From Schizochytrium sp. TIO01 (lineage: Eukaryota > Protista > Bigyra: Labyrinthulomycetes): DNA of 64,000 nucleotides. Position 1 is the stretch's first letter. Each line of letters opens with the position of its first letter. The translations under genes and the position numbers were made by a program. The stretch covers positions 2,728,001 through 2,792,000 of the forward strand of contig SMSO01000034.1 in NCBI GenBank assembly GCA_004764695.1. Direction: 5' to 3'. Below are positions 35,624 through 45,777 of this stretch, piece by piece. The notes under the pieces were generated by a model. It was not told where the DNA came from, did no database searches, and saw only the letters and a list, made by a program, of their open reading frames with translations.

Positions 35624-38600
35624 ATGGTCCACGGTGAATTATCCTCGCAAATCAATCAACAAAGGACAGGCTTCCAGACTTCTGTAGATCGAGCTATTGA
35701 AGTTCACTCCCATACAAAGTCTGGTGATTTGCGACGTGTAATTGTTGTTTTCAAAAATCAGCAAGCAAACACAAAAGACGATGTGCAATTGAGTTACCAG
35801 CCACATCATAAGTTGTCATCTCTTTCAGCTCATTTTGGCCCTCGGATACCAAGTCGCAGCATAGAATACTTAGAAAGTGAAGCTACGCATCCGTCCTTAT
35901 CATGTTTGCCGGTGTCTTCTCCAATCAGTGCAAAACAGGCTAATGCAAGCCCCCGCCCGGCTGCAAAGCAAGCAGAAAATGAAGATCTCCTTTCACTAAG
36001 CCCTACTTCTGTCGACCTTATTTCTGCTGTCTACGCTGTTCAGGCTGCTCGACCAAGTAGGATACTTCAGAAATCTCCATATTCTTCACAAGACAAAACC
36101 AGAGAAAAACGAATTCTTGTTGTGCGAAAACGTAAATCAAGGAAAACCTCACATGCTGGTGTGCTGAAGACGTCGCGGGTTGATCCTTCTTCCCAGCCCT
36201 CACTTGGAAGCTTGAGAAGCTCCGCTACAATAGGTCGAAGTAGTACTCGCGAATTTGTGCAGACAAGAACACGCCAGGCTCACCGGAGCGAAATTTCGCA
36301 TTCAAGATTTACTCTAGGAGATCTGCGTCTATCCGGTGGACTTCTACTGCCCCCTATGTTTTCGTATGCGGTAACATCAGCCATACCCATTCCAGGTCTT
36401 TTCTTACTCATCTTGCCGCAAATGACGCAGAGACTTGGCTGTGGAGTGATGTTGGGAGGGGGATATCAGACAGACCCAATGGTATCGCATTACATATTTA
36501 TTGCAACGATTCTTCAAGTCCTCGCAATGATTATCTTTGTCAGCACACTCCTAACAAACGCTGCTAGCATTCAAATTACGTTTGGATCTCTCACCATTTC
36601 AGCTTACGGGTGCCTCTGTAAGGCAATGTTCCGATTGCGATCCCTTCGTTTTCCAGACGACAATGAAAAGTTTCTTATTAGTACAGATGTATCCAGTTAT
36701 CAAGATGGGCTTCAGAGAGATGACTATTCGGAAGAAGAATACGAAGAGGAAGAGGATAACGACAAAGTCTGTCAGGAAGCAAACCGGGCTCCCAAATGTC
36801 TCCCTTTACAAGAAAAAGAGAACATCCCAAACGTAAGCAGAAAGTCTATGCCTTCAGGTTTTTCACTTCGTAAGATGATTCCTCGGCAGGGACGGGCTCT
36901 CGCTGTTCTCATAATACCTTCTGCATTAAGTTGGACTTTTGTGATGCGCCTGCATTATGCACAACTTCTTATTTTCTCGATCATTACCCCACTTCTCACG
37001 TGGCATTTTGGAACATATCTTCTTACCCCCTTCCATTCAGATGATGCGATCAAACCACCGACCTTAGCATACATTGGCCAGGCTCTGACTTTCTTAAATC
37101 CGATCGTAAATGGGCTAGTTCTACTTTCAACTGGAAGTTCCCTAGTCTCAGGTGTAGCGTCTCTCACTCTTTGTCTTGTGGCTTGGGCTAGCATGATCAG
37201 TGCTTTTTCGTCGCTACAAACTAGAAATGAAATTGACAGATCGGTTATATCTGATGTAAAAAAAGGCTCCTCTCGTCAAGAAACGCCTGCCATAACAAAT
37301 TGGGCTCTTGGAACATTTCTGGTCACTGGTCCGGTTCTGTTGCCGGTGATTTATACTCACGAACTACGCTTAGAAAATCAAGGCTTGTATGACTTTTTCT
37401 TCCTATCAAAAGCTGGCAGCTGGGTCCTAGGAATTATTGTACTGAGCATTCCTCCCTTTGCTTTGAGTGTCACGGCCCTTGTTAAGGGACCTACTAGTGA
37501 TGGACACTTTGAGTTTGTTCTCCCATGGATCTTGCCAAGCTCTAAGTCAGCTTGTTTACTTCACCTGTTCGGCTGGGTTTCCTATTGTGGATCCCTTATA
37601 ACTCATTTCTGGACCAGGAGTTTTGGTTTAGGAGTTGGATCTTCAAGTGCTAGATCTGTCTTGGCCACTGGATTTCTGTCATGGTTGATGTTGATAACTC
37701 ATCTATGGCTCATTAATTTCAGGCCTTCCTCACGCGTGGTTCGTTTAGTCGCTAAAACCTCCCCTTCAAAGATTAGAAACCATCAGAAGTTGCCGTACAG
37801 AGCTTTTTGTATCCAAAAACTTCTTTCAACCCTAATTCTAGCAGCTGGTGCGATGTTCTTTGCTGTGTCTCTATTGGTCGAGTTCTTTGTACAATTCGAG
37901 CCTTTTCGCATCGTTGGAATTCCGCTAGTAATCTCGGGAATTACAGCACACATGTATATGGCATCTGCATACATGATTCAGTATAACCCGACGAATCGAC
38001 GTCGTCTTCGAGTAATCTTTGGTTGGAGCCTTTTTGGTATAGCCATGCTTTTTGGTTGGTCGACAGGGCTCTGCAAATTCCCGCAAAATTCCTCATTACC
38101 CATTGATCATGAACCAGTATGTTTGTGGTTGGCCACTAAAAAGTCTCTTGCACTCTCAGGTCTCCTAGGTTGGGTTGCACAAGTAATGGTGATGCACGAT
38201 CCTGTTGCACGTGGTAAGCGGCGACGGGAGAGATCAATTCAGCATAGAAATAGGAAATCAAAACAAAAACATCTCGAGGGAGATTCTTCTCAACACGAGT
38301 CAAAACCTTCAGCTTCTCCTCCTTCAAATGTATGGAACAGTATCGTTCATATTTGTGGCTTCAAGTACCCTTTTGTTGCTCTGACATTAGGAACATCTCA
38401 AAATGCAGGTTTTAGCCAAGAGATAAACGCGATCAGATCCCAGAGCGCGGAAGAAAGATCAAATCTCACATCCTCCCATTCATGTACAGTTTCTTGTGAA
38501 AAGTCATCAGTTGATCTTTTACAATCGAGTGAGTCTAACTTTACCCAGAGGAGCCAAGACTCCACTAAAGCAATATTAGAGGAGAGGGATGTTATTGACA

Positions 38601-40444
38601 AGGTTCTGGCTGATCAGGAGGTGCAATATATATCCAACCAAAAGAACAATGATAGTGATGAAGTTGCGTTTCGATCTCTGGTCACAAGCTCGACGCAGCA
38701 AGCACCAAACTCGTATATGCCATTGAAGAGAAATCAAAACGAAGATTTTGATGCGAGTGATTCACAAGATGGTTCTGAGACCGCGAAGAAAGATCAAAGC
38801 ACTTCGAGTACAGAAGTCCGTGAAGAGCAACTGTTGGCACATGAAGGTACTTTGCAAGCATTGCATTCAAGGGAGGCTTCCATGTTAGATTACATTAACC
38901 CAGATATCTGTGAAGAGTCTTCTGTAAATTTTAGATCAATTGAGCAGGATTTGAGCCAGCGTGAAACCCTAACTAGCCACAGAGGTGAAATTTCTTCGGA
39001 GGATGATAGCATAGGTGATACAATGGAGGAACCTTTAGAAGAGGCTCCTGAGTTATCCAGTCATGATGATGAAGAAGAGAGGGGTTCTGGAGGCGTTAGA
39101 TCGATCCCACCACTTATTTCACCGCGGGTCGGAGCGTCGCCGCATTTCCAATCAACGGGGCAAGTTGCTCACGAAAGACTTGTGACTCCACCTTTGGAAA
39201 CTACACTTCTTACCTCAAATTCAACACTACAAATTCTTCCAGATCCAATAACTTTGGAGGACTTGGACGGGGCATCTCCGAGTCATAGGAGCAGTCAAAA
39301 TGATGCCATGGTTGTCCAGTCTGGTTTGATCCAAAGTACCCGTGATTCTCAGCTTGATACAAACGCTAAAGATAATGAACCAGGCAGTCTCACTTCCTCA
39401 GGAGTGGCTCACCCATCCCATTCTCGTGTTCAGTGTATGCCAAATCCCATGTGCAATATTAGTGGTGATAAAGGCATTGCAGAGCGCCAGAGTGCTTCCC
39501 ATGAAGTTCTGGACGATGTTCCTGTCGAGGTTAAGACTGTGTTGCCAAGCGAAAATAGCTTTGTGGATTCTCCTCAAGCAGATCATGACGTAGACACAAT
39601 AGTATCTGTTGAGGGGAACAGTTCGTTGAGCTCGACAAGTAGTACGAGGAGCCGGGATCATCACGATGTGAAATTACCAACTGGACTCTCGGTAATTGAA
39701 GAAACTCTTGCACAAAGGAGACTTAGTATTGCCGAGCGTTCTTCGCTAGGCAGCGAGAGTCCCTCCACATTAAGTGGTCACTCATTCAACCAATATGCTA
39801 GAGGCTCCTTTGATTTGCGAGGGTCCAAAACAAAAAAAGAGGACATATCTGGAAAGGAAATAACTTCTTATGATGATCATGTGCCTGGCGATAAGCAAAA
39901 GTGTAAGGTCGAACCTACAAATTTTGATGGGGAAGAGCGACCTTGTAAAAGTAGAGTTGAAGTGGATGATGATGGGTTTACTGAGGGTAGTTGCTCCTCG
40001 ATTGCGGAGGAAGGCTTCCCCCCCCAGCCCGAGGTTCAAGCATACACAGGGAACACTCATGTTCCAGGCACGTGGCAAGATGGTCAAGAAAGCGTAAGCA
40101 GGGTTGATAAGAAGGAGAGAAGCGAAGCGGAGTTTGTTAGTTTTTCAGATATGTACCCGCTTACGGTAGAAAACACTCAAGATTCTCCATCTCCATCACA
40201 CGCACACTCACGGCGTTCTAGTGGCATTTTAAGTTTGGGTTCGAATCGTACCTCGAGACGTGTGTTTGCGGACCTCGATCATGATTGTGATTCGGACTCC
40301 TGCTCTGAACTCGGTGCTCTCGATGCTGAGATCCTGCTGACCCGACTCGAAGAAGTTGTGTCGTCAGCTTACGAAGAAAACCAAGTGCATGCGTCGTCAT
40401 CTGCAGGTGGAGCTTTTGAACAAGTTTCGGAAGATTTGAGGTGA
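35624..40444 (+). CDS. Large multi-pass membrane protein of unknown function with a long acidic/Ser-rich disordered C-terminus
   Basis: Uninterrupted 1606-codon ORF with many hydrophobic helices at about aa 245-860, flanked by basic Ser-rich and acidic Ser-rich low-complexity regions. I recognise no catalytic motif, and the true start may be downstream. Confidence 0.8.
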   Translation: MVHGELSSQINQQRTGFQTSVDRAIEVHSHTKSGDLRRVIVVFKNQQANTKDDVQLSYQPHHKLSSLSAHFGPRIPSRSIEYLESEATHPSLSCLPVSSPISAKQANASPRPAAKQAENEDLLSLSPTSVDLISAVYAVQAARPSRILQKSPYSSQDKTREKRILVVRKRKSRKTSHAGVLKTSRVDPSSQPSLGSLRSSATIGRSSTREFVQTRTRQAHRSEISHSRFTLGDLRLSGGLLLPPMFSYAVTSAIPIPGLFLLILPQMTQRLGCGVMLGGGYQTDPMVSHYIFIATILQVLAMIIFVSTLLTNAASIQITFGSLTISAYGCLCKAMFRLRSLRFPDDNEKFLISTDVSSYQDGLQRDDYSEEEYEEEEDNDKVCQEANRAPKCLPLQEKENIPNVSRKSMPSGFSLRKMIPRQGRALAVLIIPSALSWTFVMRLHYAQLLIFSIITPLLTWHFGTYLLTPFHSDDAIKPPTLAYIGQALTFLNPIVNGLVLLSTGSSLVSGVASLTLCLVAWASMISAFSSLQTRNEIDRSVISDVKKGSSRQETPAITNWALGTFLVTGPVLLPVIYTHELRLENQGLYDFFFLSKAGSWVLGIIVLSIPPFALSVTALVKGPTSDGHFEFVLPWILPSSKSACLLHLFGWVSYCGSLITHFWTRSFGLGVGSSSARSVLATGFLSWLMLITHLWLINFRPSSRVVRLVAKTSPSKIRNHQKLPYRAFCIQKLLSTLILAAGAMFFAVSLLVEFFVQFEPFRIVGIPLVISGITAHMYMASAYMIQYNPTNRRRLRVIFGWSLFGIAMLFGWSTGLCKFPQNSSLPIDHEPVCLWLATKKSLALSGLLGWVAQVMVMHDPVARGKRRRERSIQHRNRKSKQKHLEGDSSQHESKPSASPPSNVWNSIVHICGFKYPFVALTLGTSQNAGFSQEINAIRSQSAEERSNLTSSHSCTVSCEKSSVDLLQSSESNFTQRSQDSTKAILEERDVIDKVLADQEVQYISNQKNNDSDEVAFRSLVTSSTQQAPNSYMPLKRNQNEDFDASDSQDGSETAKKDQSTSSTEVREEQLLAHEGTLQALHSREASMLDYINPDICEESSVNFRSIEQDLSQRETLTSHRGEISSEDDSIGDTMEEPLEEAPELSSHDDEEERGSGGVRSIPPLISPRVGASPHFQSTGQVAHERLVTPPLETTLLTSNSTLQILPDPITLEDLDGASPSHRSSQNDAMVVQSGLIQSTRDSQLDTNAKDNEPGSLTSSGVAHPSHSRVQCMPNPMCNISGDKGIAERQSASHEVLDDVPVEVKTVLPSENSFVDSPQADHDVDTIVSVEGNSSLSSTSSTRSRDHHDVKLPTGLSVIEETLAQRRLSIAERSSLGSESPSTLSGHSFNQYARGSFDLRGSKTKKEDISGKEITSYDDHVPGDKQKCKVEPTNFDGEERPCKSRVEVDDDGFTEGSCSSIAEEGFPPQPEVQAYTGNTHVPGTWQDGQESVSRVDKKERSEAEFVSFSDMYPLTVENTQDSPSPSHAHSRRSSGILSLGSNRTSRRVFADLDHDCDSDSCSELGALDAEILLTRLEEVVSSAYEENQVHASSSAGGAFEQVSEDLR

Positions 40445-40593
40445 AATCAAGGATAGAACAGCACGAACATAATCTTAAAAAGTAAGAGCCTCATCTAATA
40501 ATCAGCTTGCTTATCTCTTCTTTATAAAAGTACAATAGATCTAACACACTACCAAAGAATGCGACCAGCTAGCAGTTGATTTACCTTTCGTTT

Positions 40594-43500
40594 TTATATA
40601 CCTTGGTCGCTATCTTCGATACCAAATGAGGCTGCAAACGTTTGGATATGACGAGACTTAATGGAAGCAGTAGCGTGCTGCCCTGATGAGAGACGTGCCT
40701 GCGAAGCAACGTCAAGACAAGAATAGTGATAAGCCTGGCCAGAACCAAAAATGACAACCCGAGGCATTTGTGAAGTTACCCCAGGGTTATTTGCAATCTG
40801 TGAGGAAAGGCGTAGCTTGCAAATTTCGCACCGGGTTCCGCCACAAACCTGCACTGCTTTCTTTCTTCGGCGATGCAAGGCTCGGAAAAGCTCGACTGCA
40901 TCCTGCCGAAGGATATCATTACAGGTGTGTCGAATGCGCTGTTGTAGACGTATATCTTCAAATAGCTTGGGAAGTTTCCGAGACAATCCAGGTACAACAA
41001 GGTCAGATGGCATTTCACGAAATATCTGTACAAGATCTACATCATGAGCACCCGCAGACTCTAAAAGTGGTCCTACTAGGGCTGGATCTTTCACGCAACG
41101 TCGAACAAGATCAGACCAGAGACCAGCTCCGCCTTCCGCTTCAACAAACTGGATCGCATATTTGATGTCACGTAAGTTCTCGATAATAATCGCTAATGCA
41201 CGTTGAACATTTTCATATCCACCCGTCCGTCCTAGAATAAAAACCATGGCTCGGTAGAGAGGACCACCAGAACGATTTTCGCAAACTTCGAGCGCTTCCT
41301 GCAAGGAGTAATGGTTGGCAGTTTCTAAAAATTCTAGGAGGTCAACAGGGCGATGCTTAGCATAAAGTCGTATCTGTAAGTTTTGAAAACGAGACATACG
41401 CTCTTGATTGTATTCCTCTCGTCTACGGCGGGAAAGATCATGCAAAAATGATAATAATGCGGTTTCTGAGATGGCCTGGAGCTGGTCAACAATACTTGAC
41501 ATTAAATCAGCTGCGAGGGAAGCACCTGCTTCATCTGCGCCAAGTTCACTTGTTACCAGCTCAATGAAGAGAGCAAGTGCTCGTTTTTCATTTAGGGAAA
41601 CGAGATCTGCAACCCGATTTGCCACTGCAGACGCCAGACCATGTTGTTCAATAAGAGAAAAGATGATCTCTGAGCGTTCTGTATTTTTGATTGAGTCAGA
41701 CGCGCTCGCTTTTAAATACTCTTCTAGCGCCTTTGTGTATTGCCCATTGATTACGTAAAGTTCAGCAAGGCTCTCTCGAAGTGGGGCTGGAACTCGACCG
41801 AATTCATTGTCAATGACAGTGTGAATTCGCTCAATCACTTTGCGAATATCAAAAAGGGGGACAGATCTATTTTTTTCAGACCTTTCTGAGATTTGATTTG
41901 TTTCGTGGTTGGTTATTTGGTCATAATCATCCCGAAAGAGTGCTCGAGCGTGATTCGAGAGAAGAGATTCCCATTGCCGAATAATGCGCAACAGGGCGGT
42001 ATCGTCACGTACACGCAATAACTCGTCAATGACCGATTCGTACACAATGGCAGGGAGTTGTGGTTGGCGTACAGGTAAGTAGCCTGCAAGCGCTCGGAGA
42101 TGTTGCAAGCTCTCAAATTTGCTTGCCCACTGCAACCATCGATCCACATCTTGGCCTAGTATACGCGGGCAAAGACTAGCCGCTTGGTCAAACTCTTCCT
42201 CCATAAGGAGAGAGTTAAGGAGTTTATCTTGCAGACCTCGCAAGGTATAATTTCTAAGAACTTGGCGCTTTGCAAGTGCATTCTCTGCAAGTCCTAGAGC
42301 AACGGCGTAGCGGCCTGTTTGAAGATTATATGCAATGTGGTCTTCTAAGGTGCGCGGTCGCGCGGAGACAACATCGAAAGGACTCATTATGAAAAGGACT
42401 GGGATATTGGCAGAGCTTTTCACAAGCTCGTGAGCAGACACGAGAGCGTAGTCCAACATAGAGTTACGCTCGTAGCCACGGATAGGTAATGCTTCCATCG
42501 AGACTGGCTCTCCATCAGCCCGGGCAATGACACGGAGCTCAGGGCATTCAATTTCCTCCTCTGCTTCGCTACCATCGTTTGAGTCATGATCATGCGTATC
42601 CTGGGTGGTGGGGTGCGAGTTATCGAGATATGTAAGGAGTGCTAATTGATCAGGACCAAACGGAGAGATTCCGCATATGGTTTCTGTATTCGCAAATTCA
42701 TACAAGGAGATAAGTTCAGCAAATCGTGGTAACTTATTCGGATCAAGAAGTAGCTCTTCTTTGCTACGTTCATATACTCGTACAATTTTGACAGAATCAG
42801 CCCAGGCAATAAGTAGAACAGAGTCGTTTTCCCATACCATATGACACCTTGAATTATTTGAAGACATAGACCCAGCTGGCCTTTCAATGTAAGCAATTCG
42901 CTTCTCATGTCCATGATCGTAAATTTTCACGCCAGCTTCATTTGACCAAGCGATAAGACGGGTACGCCACTGAATTGTGCTAATCTGTCCCTCCCCTCTG
43001 TGGAGCTCATTTTCAACTGATGAAAACCAGCCTTTGCGTTTAAGAATGAGTCTTCCTGCTGTTCCACCACAGACAAAAATTCGATCACGGTTTTTACTGA
43101 AAAGGGGGTCCAAAGCAACTGCAAGAATTGGGTGCCTAAAGTTGTGAGTGTCAAAGCCTACCTTGTTGGAGTCATCATTGGATTTGCTTGTAGGCCCGAC
43201 AACGACTCGACCATCCACCGAGCTACTGGCAAAAGCTTCTCCGCTTGCGTCTAAAGCAATGCATGTTACACGGTCGCGGTGATGCCGTGTTTTGCGAATA
43301 AGCATGCCATCATGCCTCAATTCAAATATTGTGCCGATCGATGTGCCAATGACAATAATGTCTGTATGCAGTGCAAGGGCTGTAATACGAAGTCCCACTT
43401 CCTCCAAAATTGTGGAGAGTGTACCACGAACACGCTGATACTTTAGAAGGGGTTCAACTTCGGCTTCATCATCATCTGTGTATGCTTCTTCTTCTTCATC

Positions 43501-43857
43501 CTCATTTTGTTCCTTGTGGTCATTTGTTGTGTTTGTTTTAGGTTCACTACTGGAGGCACTAGCTCCGTGTTCGTTGCTAGACAAGGCCTGCCCGTCAAAC
43601 AACTGCTGATTATGAATCGTGAACTTTGCGTGCAGCATATCTTCATTCGATCCAGTTGGGAAAGAATCATCGAGTTCTTCGTTGCCATCATCTTCATCCA
43701 CAGTTGGGTGCTTACGTCGTAGAGAAGTGGGCGTATTACTACGGACCTGGTGACGCTCTTCGGTTTCCTTTGCACCGCCATCTTTTTGTTGCCGCGTCTT
43801 TGTTGGCGAAGTCACCGATACGTTGCCTGAGTCTTTGCTTTGCATCCTTGAACTCAT
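40594..43857 (-). CDS. VPS41: HOPS complex subunit Vps41
   Basis: Acidic leader followed by EPLLKYQRV; WD40 propeller (ASSSVDGRV, VALDP, LKRKGWF, IQWR...IAWSNEAGVKIYD); clathrin-heavy-chain-like repeats (LLEFLETANHYSLQEALEVC, MVFILGRTG, AIQFV...LWSDL); remnant C-terminal RING. Confidence 0.95.
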   Translation of the reverse strand: MSSRMQSKDSGNVSVTSPTKTRQQKDGGAKETEERHQVRSNTPTSLRRKHPTVDEDDGNEELDDSFPTGSNEDMLHAKFTIHNQQLFDGQALSSNEHGASASSSEPKTNTTNDHKEQNEDEEEEAYTDDDEAEVEPLLKYQRVRGTLSTILEEVGLRITALALHTDIIVIGTSIGTIFELRHDGMLIRKTRHHRDRVTCIALDASGEAFASSSVDGRVVVGPTSKSNDDSNKVGFDTHNFRHPILAVALDPLFSKNRDRIFVCGGTAGRLILKRKGWFSSVENELHRGEGQISTIQWRTRLIAWSNEAGVKIYDHGHEKRIAYIERPAGSMSSNNSRCHMVWENDSVLLIAWADSVKIVRVYERSKEELLLDPNKLPRFAELISLYEFANTETICGISPFGPDQLALLTYLDNSHPTTQDTHDHDSNDGSEAEEEIECPELRVIARADGEPVSMEALPIRGYERNSMLDYALVSAHELVKSSANIPVLFIMSPFDVVSARPRTLEDHIAYNLQTGRYAVALGLAENALAKRQVLRNYTLRGLQDKLLNSLLMEEEFDQAASLCPRILGQDVDRWLQWASKFESLQHLRALAGYLPVRQPQLPAIVYESVIDELLRVRDDTALLRIIRQWESLLSNHARALFRDDYDQITNHETNQISERSEKNRSVPLFDIRKVIERIHTVIDNEFGRVPAPLRESLAELYVINGQYTKALEEYLKASASDSIKNTERSEIIFSLIEQHGLASAVANRVADLVSLNEKRALALFIELVTSELGADEAGASLAADLMSSIVDQLQAISETALLSFLHDLSRRRREEYNQERMSRFQNLQIRLYAKHRPVDLLEFLETANHYSLQEALEVCENRSGGPLYRAMVFILGRTGGYENVQRALAIIIENLRDIKYAIQFVEAEGGAGLWSDLVRRCVKDPALVGPLLESAGAHDVDLVQIFREMPSDLVVPGLSRKLPKLFEDIRLQQRIRHTCNDILRQDAVELFRALHRRRKKAVQVCGGTRCEICKLRLSSQIANNPGVTSQMPRVVIFGSGQAYHYSCLDVASQARLSSGQHATASIKSRHIQTFAASFGIEDSDQGI

Positions 43858-45777
43858 TTATCTCCTTTTTGCCTTGTCACGTCCTCTCAAGTCACTGCCT
43901 AGTTTTCTCTCGGCTCTCCTGTCGAGGGCCTCGGCTGGGCTTGATCTTTCCATCACTTATGATCTGCTTCTTCCTTCATGACATTGACTACCTAGGCCTA
44001 ATAATACTCTTGAGCTCCTAGGTCCTAACTAGTATTATCCTAGTCGCACTTATCTTTTTGCTTAAAGAAGCACAACAGAGGACAGCACTACTTTTGAAAT
44101 ATCAGATCAAAATACCATGACAATTAAGACAGAAAAAAAACAAATGAGGAGTAATTCAATCAGTGTCTGAAATTTCATTCTGATGTGTTTATTGGGTAAA
44201 TGCTGGCATTGCGCTTGATTGCTGTAAAATTACGCAGCAAACTTTTCGTAACCGCATTTTGCAATTTTTGGGGCGCCTAGGAAGTAGTCAGGATCGAAGA
44301 GAGGTAGAGAATGCTACAAGATTAAGGCCAATCCCTTTTCTTAGTTTGAGTCAACATCATCAATACAACCGCATTCATATTGATTTTAGTTACATTGACC
44401 TGACGATGACAAAAGCAAGCGCATGCTGCAGAATACCCAAATCATGCCAGAACATGTCATTTTCGAAAACAACAGAAAGAGCTAACTATGTGCAAGTATA
44501 GAGTGATAGAAGACAGGGAGAGTAAGAGGTTGGAGTTGACTCCTTGCTTCATTTAGAAAAAGACATCAACAGTTGGGGTTCGCTTTCTAGCGAGCACTTA
44601 TGACATGTTGTTTGCTTTGGCTCTTGACGTCTTTAATCCTACTTCTTTTTCTTTAAAATGGTATACGTACTTGTCATGTGCTGTTTAATCTCACTTTGGG
44701 TTGTCTTGTCAAGCCCATAGCACTATTGTAGTTTGGTCCTATTTCTCTATTTGTATTACAATTAATTCGATCAAAGCGTTTGTAAGAAAAAATAATTTGA
44801 CTCCTCTAAATCAGGCGGATCTGTACATCTTGAAGTAGTACAGCTGAGCGAAATGAAGGTACAAAGATGTAGAAATAGAAAACCTTGTAATTCTAGCAGA
44901 TCAGTAGAGCTCAAATTTAAAGACCCCTCCCTTAGATGTCTGTATCTCTGCTAATTATCTGGCGTCAATTCTCTTGCAGGTATTTCTGTACGCTTCTTGG
45001 TTTAGGCTTAACTGCAAAGGTTTCTTTGGGCATATCAATGAAAAGTTTGCTGGGCAACAGTTTGTTCCCATTCTAACTGTCCCCTTGTTTACTTTATCAC
45101 TTGCTATTAGGCCTAGATGCGTAGATTGCGTTGTAAAGAGACAGATAGCAGCATATCTATCTATGTAGATGATGAGGCAATAAACGATTGTTTTGAGTTT
45201 AGCTACTATTAAGGAGTTCCACTGACCTGTGAGACTGATGTAGAGAGTAAAAGAAGTAGCTAGCTTAGCTACCTTTAGGTAGTGCTAAGAGCCTGATGGG
45301 TATTAATAGGGTCTCATACAAGGTATTACCTATTAAAAGTAGGTACAGTTATAATTAATGAGAGAAGAGGAAGGAAAGGAAAAGAAAGAGAAAAGAGAAG
45401 AGTGAGTGGTGGCCATGAAAAGCTAGAAAAGACAGGAATCGAGAACGCGACCACCTTGAGTCCTGAACTGATTCTTGCAAGGAGCTAAAGCCAAGGGGGA
45501 ATTAGTCAGCCCATCATAGATTCTATTAGCCTGCCAGACTGACGTTCTGACAGTGATCGAACCTGTAAAGGAGGTTTCAAGAACCACACAACCTGCAGCG
45601 ACAACTTAAACCTCAAGTTCACCAACTCCAATAGCCGCGTCAAACTCCAAATTCTCGTGAGTTGCAGACAGAACCATTACAAAGCAAGAGTCTTCTCGCC
45701 AAACCAGTGACGTTGGGCTCTTTGTTTGAAGTTTGGTTGGGTGGCCGTTGGTTGGGTGCTTAGTTGCGCGCGACGCC

